Of a stretch of DNA of 64,000 bases, positions 38,651-48,660 are shown in pieces. Every line of letters starts with the position of its first letter. Position 1 is the first letter of the stretch. Source of the stretch: Escherichia phage vB_EcoM_phAPEC6; the sequence record MK817115.1, one strand, 5' to 3'. The notes under the pieces were generated by a model. It saw only the letters and a list, made by a program, of their open reading frames with translations, was not told where the DNA came from and ran no database searches. The translations under genes and the position numbers were made by a program.

Positions 38651-41600
38651 ATGACTAATAATTTTAAGTTTCAACCTACACAGATGGCTGAAGCAGTACA
38701 GAAGAAGCTTTTTATTAAAAGATTGCCTGAGTGGATGCAAGGCTTAGAAGATATTCAAAAAGTCAGTGATGATGTTATTCAACAATGGTTTAATCCGGCT
38801 GAAAACGAATTAGTTGACGGCTATATTGGTGATATGGGTTCTCCTGCCGCTGCTGGTAATATCTTCTTACATGAAAGTACTGTAGCACGTCAACTTTATC
38901 AGTTGTCCACTGCTTACGTCTCAAAAAATGATGATTCGACAATTCGTTCAATTCAATTTTATGATGATCTAGTTGGATACATGAATCATTATGGAGCACT
39001 AACCGATAATGAAAGCCGTTTGTTCAACGGTAAGTTTTATGCATGGACTCCAGCTATTAACCCAAATAAAATGAACAATTTTAGCTCATATCTTTGGGAT
39101 ACTAAAAACTCTTATAATATTACTTCACCTGATTACATTGTAATGGAACGTGGAGCACTTAATGGTAATACATGGTCACTACAAAACTTTTGGTATACTT
39201 TAGGTGAAACATTAGAAGATGGCTCAATATTAACTGAAGAATTAATGCAAGATTCACGTTTTATTCGTGCACGTGCACCAATTATTGAATATAATAAAAA
39301 TATTGAGCTAATTAACTACGGTACAAAATTCCGTGGAACTGTTGATCTGTTCTCTGATATTATTAAACCTGAAGATATCGTTCAAAAAGATATTAATAGT
39401 GGTATACGTATTGATGGTATTATTCCGCAAGATGGAATGCGTATTCTATTCACCAGTATTGGTAACAATGGTGAAAACAATAGAATTTATAATGTATATG
39501 TGAAAAAAATGCAAGATGGTACTCGTGTTTATGGTTTAGCACTAGATCCAGAAGAAGAAACCGAATCACGCCCAAGTGGTGAACCTCAAGATGGTGATGT
39601 TGTTCTAATCACTAAAGGTAATGAGTATGGTAATAGTTCTATGTACTGGAATGGATCTTTGTGGGTTCGTGCACAATCAAAAACTAGTGTTAACGTATTC
39701 CCTAAATTCCAACTTTATGATCGTAATGGTATCAAACTTGACAACAGTACTACATATCCATCAAGTAACTTTAAAGGTTCAGAGTTGTTTGGTTTTAAAA
39801 TAAATTACAACTATGCAACTGATAGTGTATATGGATATAACATTGAACTTGGTGATTATAATTATTACATTTATGAAAACTTTTTACAATCCCAACGTTA
39901 TACCTATGACCATCTTGGAAAAGAAGTTGAAATTGATGGTTTATACTATTATAACATTATTGATGAAAATAATGAAATGAATCTTCAAACCGATTGGGTT
40001 CGTTCAGAAGAGTACTCTAAACAATTTGTAAAACAAACTCCACAAGTCCAACGTACTGATATGTATCGTGTATTCAGTACTGTTTATGATATGGAAGTTT
40101 TTAAAGAACCAGTTGATGGTATGTATGCATATGTTATTGAAGTTGATAGAACATATCAGTACTATAAAGCTGACCGTGAAACTTATCTAGATTGGCATCC
40201 AATTACTGGTGATGGTGTTCAGATTGTAAAATATGACCATACATTCGAATTGGCACAAAAAGTTTTAGATAATGATTCTGATATTATTGAAGTTGTGGTT
40301 GATGGTGTTGATGTGTCCAAATATACCAAAAATGTTTCAAAAGGTCAAGTACAAAGCATCACTCTAGATAGTACTGTAGAATTGGATGAAGATTCTGTTA
40401 TTCAAATTAGAACTTATAGCAGTACTGTAACTCCTAATAAAGAATTAGGTGCATATGAAGTTCCAATCAACCTACAAAATAACCCATATAATTCTAATAT
40501 TATATACATTAACCAAGGTGACTACACTTTACATTTTCAGGATATTATTCAAAAGAACATTACACGTGGTTCTTCTGATGATTTCAATGACTATGAAGAA
40601 CGTTTGGCTAAAGGATTGGTTAATAATGGCGTAGGTACTAAAATTATCCAAAATGAAGCATCTATGCTTCCATTGATGGCACATACTGCAAATGAAGATA
40701 TTGATTTGTTTGAAGCAACTATGTTTATGCAATCTGAATATTTTAGATTCATTAATAAATTTAATACACAAATGCTTCGTATGTATGATGAAAATCCATC
40801 AGACTTTTTACAAAATAGTGCTGCAAACATTGTTGATGCAATTTTAACTACTATTAATATGGGACGTGATAGTTCATTCCCATTCTATTATGATAATGTT
40901 GGAAGTACTTCTGGATTCATTCGTGCATTTATACCACCAACACCACAGTTCTTAGGTATTCTTCAAGCATATGTACCAGAAAAAGCGACATTCCTCACTG
41001 CTGGTAGTAAACCAAGCTGTTATAACATCAGTCATACTGGTATTATTTCCAAAGCATACCGTGTTATCAATGGTGTTGATAAAATGGATGATGTTGTATA
41101 TGAATTAGAAAATAGAATTTTTAATAGTATTGATAATAAATTCAAAGATGTTGATTACGTACCAGTATTGAATAGTGATGACCTTTTCCCTACACCATAT
41201 TTCACTAAAACTGAATATAGTGCTGAAGAGAAACAAACATTATTACTACGTGGATACATTAACTTCACCGCAACTAATGGTATCAGTAATAGTACACATG
41301 ATTATGATCCTAACAATTGGAGAACTTGGAACTATACTGGCACTTATTATGTAGTTAATGGTCAAAGTACTGAAATTCCTGCACGTGGTTCATGGCGTGC
41401 CATTTACACTGACCAATATGGTACATATCGCCCAGCTACCCATCCGTGGGAAATGTTTGGCTTTACACAACGTCCAACTTGGTGGAACCAAGAATACGAA
41501 CCAACGGCTGTTCAAGTTGGTGAACGTGATAGTGATGTTGTATATGTATATGAAGCACTTGTTATGAATGAGCAAGGTGATTTAGTTCCTAGTGGTCTTT

Positions 41601-44600
41601 GGGATATTGACGGAACTATTGGAGATAGCAGTACTGGAACTATTTTATTTGGTGATCGTCGTGGTCAATATGACAAATATAAAAGATTTGGTGTACAGCC
41701 ATTCAAAATTACAAAAACTGGAAATAAAACATCTTCTGGTATTGATATTTGTGTGGTTGAATATATTGCACCTGAAATTTTAGGTTTAGTGTCTGGATCT
41801 TTAAATCATAGAGCAGAACCTTGGACATATGGTGATATGGGTGACATGGAATTTACATACATGAACACTACATTGTTTGCATATGACCAAATGATGCTTT
41901 TGTATAAAGCTAAACCAGCACAATTTGCTAACTATTTCTGGGATACCCGCAACGATAACTTAAAAGAAGTATTCACTGATGGTTCACAATTCCTTTATGG
42001 TGATACACGTAAGCGTATTAATTTTGATAAAAATACAGTAGTTCATGGTGAAAATAGCACAAGAACAATTGGTTATCAAATGTTTGTAAGTGACCATTTG
42101 ATGTATCAAAATAAAAATATTACCACCAAGTATGGGGATGTAGTTCGTTCTTCTTATATAAATGTTGGTCATAAAATTGGAGGATTTACTAAAGCAGATC
42201 AGCTAACATTCAATGCTAAATCTTTCGGTCTTATTTCACAAGAAAACCAAACCATTGGTCTTGTTCGTTCTAATAATATCCGTGATGAGCAAATGAGTGC
42301 GATCAAAATTACTTGGAATGGTAGTGCATATCAGATTGATGGATATGATCTAGTTGGTGCTAAATTTAAATATAAACTTCCAGTAAAAAATGGTAGAAAA
42401 GTAACTCTTAAATTGGAAAACCGTAATGTTGTTCATTATAATGAATGGAAGTCTGAAGCTTCAATTGAATATGGTAAAGTTTTCAATAGTTACCAAGAAG
42501 TTTATACTTTTATTTGTGGATATGGTGAATATCTTAAAGAACATGGTTGGATTTTTGAAGATGTAAATGATAGTGGTGCTCAACAAGATTGGAACACTAT
42601 TGCTAAAGATTTCGTGATCTGGAGTCAGAATTCTCTAGTAACTGGTGAATTTATTTCTTGTACCCCAAGTGCTGCAAACGCTAAATTTGGGGCAGACTTT
42701 GGTTCAGTACAATCTATTACGCAAAATAATGGTGGTGTATGGTCATTACTTGATGATAATAACCAAGGTATTCGCCAATATGAAATTGAAACTTCTCGTA
42801 TTGGAAATATCTTCACTGTTAGAACTTTAGAATCTAATAAACGCATTGCATTGATTCGTTTAAGTTTGTGTTCATATGAACATGCTGTTATTTTTGATGA
42901 TAAAACTATTTTTGGTGATTACATTTATCAGCCAACATATGGTTCTATTCAAGAACTAATTAAAATGTATGGATATATTACTGGTTCATGGACTGGTCGC
43001 CTACAAGCTCCTGGATTTATTATCTTGGAAGCTGGAACACTACCATCATTTGAAAAATTAGTGTCGGATTTCCAACATTATTATGATAGTGAAACTCCAG
43101 TAAGTGATGTACAATTACAAGAGTTGTCAAACCATTTGATTGGTTATCAATCTCGTGATTATCTACAGCGTATGATTAGTAGTGATGTTAGTCGTGTTGA
43201 TTTCTATAAAGGATTCATTCACGATAAAGGTACTAACCAAGTTTTAGAACGTGTACTTCGTGTTTCTAAATCATATGACACTGATGAATATAAAGCATTA
43301 CAAGAATGGGCATTTAAAATTGGTACATATGGTAATATTGATGGTAAGAAAAACCTTCAATTTAAACTAATCAATGACCAATTTAAACAACAACCTCAAA
43401 TGGTTTCTTTTGATGTAAATGCAACTTCAAATGGTAATGGTAATCATATTGTATACTTCGGTGAGCAAGGTAAAGATCCTCGTTGGATTACACGTCCAAA
43501 TGGTAAGTTCTCATTCCCAATGCGTAGTGGAAGAAGTGAAAACATCCAACTTCCAGATATTGGTCCAGTAACATTGGATGAAGTATCGTACACAACAAAA
43601 GATTTCAGTACTGCATATAATGACCGCATAACTTATACTAATGGTAAAGGTGAAAATCCTGAATCTGTGTGGATGTTTAAAGACGGTAATGGTTTGTGGA
43701 ACATTTTTGAATTGGTTGATACTAATGTACAAATGGTTTCTATAACACCTATTGAAAATACCGATGTGTATGCTGAACAATTTTGTAAAGTAACTTTAAC
43801 TGATAATGTACCACTTGAAGATGGTGATTATTATTATTTTGTTGATGAAACTAACTTTATGCCAGATACTTTAACAGTAGAAAGTCAATATTATACTGCT
43901 GGTTCTGATCCTAAAGTTATGGTAGTTCCATTTGACACTTCTATTGATATTGAATTTACTGATCCAGATACACGTCCACGTTTGTATCGTTATGTATCAC
44001 GTTTTGCCAGTACTGATGAACGTCAAGCTTACATTGACAAGAAATATAGTTTTAAAGCACCACAAAGTACTTTATTTGATCGTCCAACGACATATGATGA
44101 ACGTACTAACATTACTGAGCTATATCTAAACGTTTATGACCCAATTAATGGTGTTATTCCAGGTGCGGCTATGCAAAACGTAACATATACTTCACCAGTT
44201 GATCCTGCACAGTATAATAGTAATGGAGAGTTAATCCAGGCTTGGGGTGCTGATAAAGTTGGTCAAGTATGGTGGAACACTAGCACTGCATTTTATTTGG
44301 ATTATACTCGTGCAATTTATGACGCAGACGGTAATGTTGATATTGATGCAACCAATGAATACAAACGTTACAACTGGGGCCGTTTGTTACCACATAGTAC
44401 CATTGATGTGTTAGAGTGGGTTTGTTCACCAGTTGAGCCATATAACTGGGACAAATACTGTAAAGATGTTGCTAAGAAAAACAAAAATAATACTATGTAT
44501 CTACCAAGTGGAACTGCACTTGAAGATAATTATAGTACATTTTTGGAATATGATAGTTCAACTGATAGTTATGTAACAAAATACTATTTCTGGGTACGTG

Positions 44601-47600
44601 ATACAATTTATGTACCACCACTACATACCAGAACGAAATCATGTACTGACATTGCTCGTATTATTAAAGATCCAACACAGCTAAACATTCCTTGGTTCGC
44701 TCCAATAAATGAAAACTCGTTTATTCTTAGTAATATGCAATTTAAAGTGAATGATGATACCAGTATTTTAACTGTTTCTTATTACATGGATAGTACTGAA
44801 GTTGTTAAACATGACCAGTATCAACTATGTAAAGAAGGTGACAGCTATAACTTTAACCCACTAATTTGGGATTCAATGTGGAACTCACTAATTGGTCAAG
44901 AAACAACTGAATCAGGTTCTGTGATTAATTTATTATATCCAGATGTTGATAACGGTTTAGGATCAAACAAAACTTGGTTCCAAAATGTTATAGAAGCTCG
45001 TAGAAACTTTGTAGAAAGTGCTAATAATTATTATAGGTCACAAAACATAACCACTAATAGTGTTGTTATGGAAGATGTGTTTAATGTTAAAACCACTGAA
45101 GTTAACCCTAATGAAGTTTCTTTCCGTGTATTGTCTTACAATAATGAATTAGTTATTGCAGTTGAAAGTGATAAATTTAAAGAAAATGACGCTGTTATTT
45201 TAAGTACTAGTGGATATCTACCAAATCCATTAACTTCTAGTGCTGTTTATTTTATTCACTTCGACGAAAATGGATATATTCAGTTAATGAATAGTCCAGC
45301 AAACGCGGGTAGTGTTGTTACTATAACGTTAGAGAACAAAGGTGAGGGACAACATAAAATGATTAAACAATCTGATTATGTTGAATCACTAGGAACTTCA
45401 TTAGACATGACTCAGTACTGGTCATATGCTGATTGGTATGATGTTGGATATGATAGTAACACGACTTATACTCAAGAGTCAAGCTTAGAAGATGCTAATA
45501 CTAAAAACTACCAAGTTGGCGATATTATCAGAGTTACCGATAGTGAAAACATTTGGACATTGTATATTAAATCACAATCACGCGATTCAATTTATTGGAA
45601 AGCGATTGGTCGTGAAAACAGTACAGTTGAACTCAATGATATGCTTTACGCAGATTATAGTGTTCATAATGATAATGGTTCACTAAGCAATCGTGAAATC
45701 AACGTTCGTAAAGCACTAGCTTTACTCAAAAATTCTTTCGATTTACATCAAAGCGAAATTGTTTTTGATATGGTCAAATATGTACATGTTGAACAAAGTG
45801 TTGTGGATTGGGTATTTAAAACATCATATATCTATATTGTTGGTTTGGAACAATCATTAGTTCAAAACTATTCAAACGATAATTTGATTAATCAAATTGT
45901 TGAATATTTTGAAGAAGTTAAACCTTATAGAACTAAAATTCGTTCACAAATAGAGCAAAAGACATCTGATGATGATTTAATAAAAGGTCTATGTAATGAT
46001 TTAGATCCTAATGGATATATTTTCGTTGATGGTTCTTGGATCAAAACTGAAAAAGATATTTGGGATTATGAGTACGCTCAATTTAATGAAATTACCCAAA
46101 AATGGGAACAGGTAGGTTCACTACCAAGTGATTTCGTTACACCAAATAGAAGATTCCAAGAAATTGATATTATTATGCATTATGATAATATTCAGTGTAA
46201 ACCAAATGAAGATTTGGCAAGCATAAATGAATTAGTAAGTGTTAATAACAAATATCAATCCAATGAAAAGGATGCTGTTAGTAACTATGAATTACAACGT
46301 TATATATATTCTTTCCCAGAATATAGTGAAGAAACTTTCGATCTTCTTATTGCTTATCAAATGCAAATCTACTATCCAGAATTGGATGTAACACTAGGAA
46401 CAGCATATGGCGTTAACCAGTGGTATAAAGACCATGCGGAAGATTTAGAAGCAACTGATGAATTCACTGCTACATTGGAACGTGTTTATAAAGAATCAAC
46501 GCATAACGATATGTTTACTGACCTTAGACAATATGTTCAGTATAACACATTGGCAAACCGTTTGAAACTTTATAAAGATATAAGTGATGAGAAAATTCAC
46601 GATGAAGTTGGATGTGGATTTAGTGGACTTACTTATAATGACAATCCTAGTACTAGACTTCCATTAGGCTTTTCTTCTAGTAATGATTATAACTATGGAT
46701 ATTTTGAAATAAGCAGTGAATTGTATCAAAAATACATTTCATTAATTAAAGATAAAAATCCTGACGCATCAGACTATGAAGTAAAAGTTAAACTTGAAGT
46801 TGAGTATGGTGTATATGTTTATCGTTATGATGAAGTAGGTGGTGATACCCGTTTCTATACTGATGCTATTCACGTATTAGCAGGTATGAGAGGGTTATTC
46901 GACAAAGACGCTACTGATAAGTACGAAAAAGCTGAAGAGATTCTTAGTAAGACCCCAATTGATATCTATGCAATTACAATGATTCCACGAAAATATGTTT
47001 ACTTAAATGTTAACGGTGTATATCAAAGTATACCTGATGAACAAAGTATTGATGATTTCATGGAAGATTATTTTATCACAAATGGTGAAATGGTTGAACT
47101 AGCTGAAATAAATCTTGATGATTTACCACTAGATCAAAATAATCCAATGTATTCTGATTATCAATATATACTTGATAGTATTACTGAAGCTAAGTACTTC
47201 AATGATATGAATGCATTTGATAACCTAGCATTGGAATCTCAAACTTCTTCAATAAAATGGGAAGTTAAAGATGATGAAGTTGATCCTTATATTGTGGATA
47301 TATCTGACATAAACCCTTCTGGGCGTGATGTAGGTCAAATTAGATTTACAGTTGATGGATATGGGTTTGACAATGTATCTCTTGTACAATTACGTGATAA
47401 CAGCAGATATCAAACTGAAGGTATGGCAATTATCAATCCATATAAACATACAGAAGCAATTGTAAGTATTCCTTCATATGCTAAGATTGAAAATGATATT
47501 AATAAAACAACATCGAAGTTTGATGAAAAATATTTCTATCGTGTGAGATCTATTAATAGCTTAACTGAAGCAGAAATAGTTGACAATGACCTATCTGATG

Positions 47601-48622
47601 GTGATAAGGTGATGATTTTCACTCCTGATGGTGAAGATTTTGTGAGATATCAAAATCACACATGGGAAACAATCTTGCGTGTATCTAACATCAAAAACAA
47701 TACAACTCCGATCCTATTCACTGTAAGAAATACAGGTAAGGAAACGATTGAATTGATTGATGAGAGTACTGGTGCAGTTCTCCGTTATGATAACATCACT
47801 CTTGCACAACAAAATGAGCCAGTACAGCCTCTAGCATTGAACATTGTTCGTGTTAGAACATTTGCTGACCCTGAATTTGTCAAGAATGGTATTAAATTGT
47901 ATGAACAAAATAGAAATTACACCATTGATGTAATTAATTATGATGTTTTCTACGATACTACTTTAAATGGTGGTAAGTACAATGACGGAATAACACCAGA
48001 TGACGTTGACGTTTGGATAATCTCCAATGAAATATTTGATGTTGATGGAATTACTATCGATAACGGTTATAACTTACCAATTACGGGTGCGGGAGTTCTT
48101 AGTGAATTGGCAAGAACTAAAATGACTGATAGTTTAGAAATCAACGTTATCGAATATGATTCAAGTGTTATTCAACCGTTTAGAAATAATGAAGGGATAT
48201 GGGTTTATGGATTCCCAATGGTTGACGGTATGTATATCGGTGTTGTTGGTGGTACTGTTACTAACATCACAACCATTAGTGAAGAAAATACAACCTATGT
48301 TTCTCAACCTAAATCAATAAGTCCTTATAGTATTAGAAATAATGTTTTATCCGGTTCAGCCGCGAACATGAATGATATTATATCGATTGGATATGAAAAA
48401 GTTGAAGTTAGAAATGCAAATAATTTACTCCGTGGTGTAATGTATAGTGCAGAACATGATTTTAAACTTAATACCACATATTCTTTCAATGGAATTAATT
48501 TAGGTAATTATGATATGTTAAAACGTTACACACAAAATAGTTACACTATAGATCTTTCAGTATACACTGATAGTCTACAAGTTAGTGGTAATGATATTAA
48601 AAATATATTATTAGTTAAGTAA
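38651..48622 (+). CDS. Giant structural protein (~3323-3333 aa), probable baseplate/tail component
   Basis: Uninterrupted ~10 kb frame; GGAG RBS before ATG 38651 (ORF track starts at 38621); follows gp25/gp6-like genes; Asn/Tyr/Thr/Gly-rich with no obvious long internal repeats. Confidence 0.55.
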   Translation: MTNNFKFQPTQMAEAVQKKLFIKRLPEWMQGLEDIQKVSDDVIQQWFNPAENELVDGYIGDMGSPAAAGNIFLHESTVARQLYQLSTAYVSKNDDSTIRSIQFYDDLVGYMNHYGALTDNESRLFNGKFYAWTPAINPNKMNNFSSYLWDTKNSYNITSPDYIVMERGALNGNTWSLQNFWYTLGETLEDGSILTEELMQDSRFIRARAPIIEYNKNIELINYGTKFRGTVDLFSDIIKPEDIVQKDINSGIRIDGIIPQDGMRILFTSIGNNGENNRIYNVYVKKMQDGTRVYGLALDPEEETESRPSGEPQDGDVVLITKGNEYGNSSMYWNGSLWVRAQSKTSVNVFPKFQLYDRNGIKLDNSTTYPSSNFKGSELFGFKINYNYATDSVYGYNIELGDYNYYIYENFLQSQRYTYDHLGKEVEIDGLYYYNIIDENNEMNLQTDWVRSEEYSKQFVKQTPQVQRTDMYRVFSTVYDMEVFKEPVDGMYAYVIEVDRTYQYYKADRETYLDWHPITGDGVQIVKYDHTFELAQKVLDNDSDIIEVVVDGVDVSKYTKNVSKGQVQSITLDSTVELDEDSVIQIRTYSSTVTPNKELGAYEVPINLQNNPYNSNIIYINQGDYTLHFQDIIQKNITRGSSDDFNDYEERLAKGLVNNGVGTKIIQNEASMLPLMAHTANEDIDLFEATMFMQSEYFRFINKFNTQMLRMYDENPSDFLQNSAANIVDAILTTINMGRDSSFPFYYDNVGSTSGFIRAFIPPTPQFLGILQAYVPEKATFLTAGSKPSCYNISHTGIISKAYRVINGVDKMDDVVYELENRIFNSIDNKFKDVDYVPVLNSDDLFPTPYFTKTEYSAEEKQTLLLRGYINFTATNGISNSTHDYDPNNWRTWNYTGTYYVVNGQSTEIPARGSWRAIYTDQYGTYRPATHPWEMFGFTQRPTWWNQEYEPTAVQVGERDSDVVYVYEALVMNEQGDLVPSGLWDIDGTIGDSSTGTILFGDRRGQYDKYKRFGVQPFKITKTGNKTSSGIDICVVEYIAPEILGLVSGSLNHRAEPWTYGDMGDMEFTYMNTTLFAYDQMMLLYKAKPAQFANYFWDTRNDNLKEVFTDGSQFLYGDTRKRINFDKNTVVHGENSTRTIGYQMFVSDHLMYQNKNITTKYGDVVRSSYINVGHKIGGFTKADQLTFNAKSFGLISQENQTIGLVRSNNIRDEQMSAIKITWNGSAYQIDGYDLVGAKFKYKLPVKNGRKVTLKLENRNVVHYNEWKSEASIEYGKVFNSYQEVYTFICGYGEYLKEHGWIFEDVNDSGAQQDWNTIAKDFVIWSQNSLVTGEFISCTPSAANAKFGADFGSVQSITQNNGGVWSLLDDNNQGIRQYEIETSRIGNIFTVRTLESNKRIALIRLSLCSYEHAVIFDDKTIFGDYIYQPTYGSIQELIKMYGYITGSWTGRLQAPGFIILEAGTLPSFEKLVSDFQHYYDSETPVSDVQLQELSNHLIGYQSRDYLQRMISSDVSRVDFYKGFIHDKGTNQVLERVLRVSKSYDTDEYKALQEWAFKIGTYGNIDGKKNLQFKLINDQFKQQPQMVSFDVNATSNGNGNHIVYFGEQGKDPRWITRPNGKFSFPMRSGRSENIQLPDIGPVTLDEVSYTTKDFSTAYNDRITYTNGKGENPESVWMFKDGNGLWNIFELVDTNVQMVSITPIENTDVYAEQFCKVTLTDNVPLEDGDYYYFVDETNFMPDTLTVESQYYTAGSDPKVMVVPFDTSIDIEFTDPDTRPRLYRYVSRFASTDERQAYIDKKYSFKAPQSTLFDRPTTYDERTNITELYLNVYDPINGVIPGAAMQNVTYTSPVDPAQYNSNGELIQAWGADKVGQVWWNTSTAFYLDYTRAIYDADGNVDIDATNEYKRYNWGRLLPHSTIDVLEWVCSPVEPYNWDKYCKDVAKKNKNNTMYLPSGTALEDNYSTFLEYDSSTDSYVTKYYFWVRDTIYVPPLHTRTKSCTDIARIIKDPTQLNIPWFAPINENSFILSNMQFKVNDDTSILTVSYYMDSTEVVKHDQYQLCKEGDSYNFNPLIWDSMWNSLIGQETTESGSVINLLYPDVDNGLGSNKTWFQNVIEARRNFVESANNYYRSQNITTNSVVMEDVFNVKTTEVNPNEVSFRVLSYNNELVIAVESDKFKENDAVILSTSGYLPNPLTSSAVYFIHFDENGYIQLMNSPANAGSVVTITLENKGEGQHKMIKQSDYVESLGTSLDMTQYWSYADWYDVGYDSNTTYTQESSLEDANTKNYQVGDIIRVTDSENIWTLYIKSQSRDSIYWKAIGRENSTVELNDMLYADYSVHNDNGSLSNREINVRKALALLKNSFDLHQSEIVFDMVKYVHVEQSVVDWVFKTSYIYIVGLEQSLVQNYSNDNLINQIVEYFEEVKPYRTKIRSQIEQKTSDDDLIKGLCNDLDPNGYIFVDGSWIKTEKDIWDYEYAQFNEITQKWEQVGSLPSDFVTPNRRFQEIDIIMHYDNIQCKPNEDLASINELVSVNNKYQSNEKDAVSNYELQRYIYSFPEYSEETFDLLIAYQMQIYYPELDVTLGTAYGVNQWYKDHAEDLEATDEFTATLERVYKESTHNDMFTDLRQYVQYNTLANRLKLYKDISDEKIHDEVGCGFSGLTYNDNPSTRLPLGFSSSNDYNYGYFEISSELYQKYISLIKDKNPDASDYEVKVKLEVEYGVYVYRYDEVGGDTRFYTDAIHVLAGMRGLFDKDATDKYEKAEEILSKTPIDIYAITMIPRKYVYLNVNGVYQSIPDEQSIDDFMEDYFITNGEMVELAEINLDDLPLDQNNPMYSDYQYILDSITEAKYFNDMNAFDNLALESQTSSIKWEVKDDEVDPYIVDISDINPSGRDVGQIRFTVDGYGFDNVSLVQLRDNSRYQTEGMAIINPYKHTEAIVSIPSYAKIENDINKTTSKFDEKYFYRVRSINSLTEAEIVDNDLSDGDKVMIFTPDGEDFVRYQNHTWETILRVSNIKNNTTPILFTVRNTGKETIELIDESTGAVLRYDNITLAQQNEPVQPLALNIVRVRTFADPEFVKNGIKLYEQNRNYTIDVINYDVFYDTTLNGGKYNDGITPDDVDVWIISNEIFDVDGITIDNGYNLPITGAGVLSELARTKMTDSLEINVIEYDSSVIQPFRNNEGIWVYGFPMVDGMYIGVVGGTVTNITTISEENTTYVSQPKSISPYSIRNNVLSGSAANMNDIISIGYEKVEVRNANNLLRGVMYSAEHDFKLNTTYSFNGINLGNYDMLKRYTQNSYTIDLSVYTDSLQVSGNDIKNILLVK

Positions 48623-48624
48623 TA

Positions 48625-48660
48625 AAAAAGGAGAGCATAATGCTCTCCTTTTCTTTTTTT
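48625..48660. terminator. Bidirectional terminator (ggagagca-taa-tgctctcc), same stem as at 2905
   Basis: A-run upstream, long T-run downstream; between convergent giant gene and ClpA-like gene. Confidence 0.7.
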
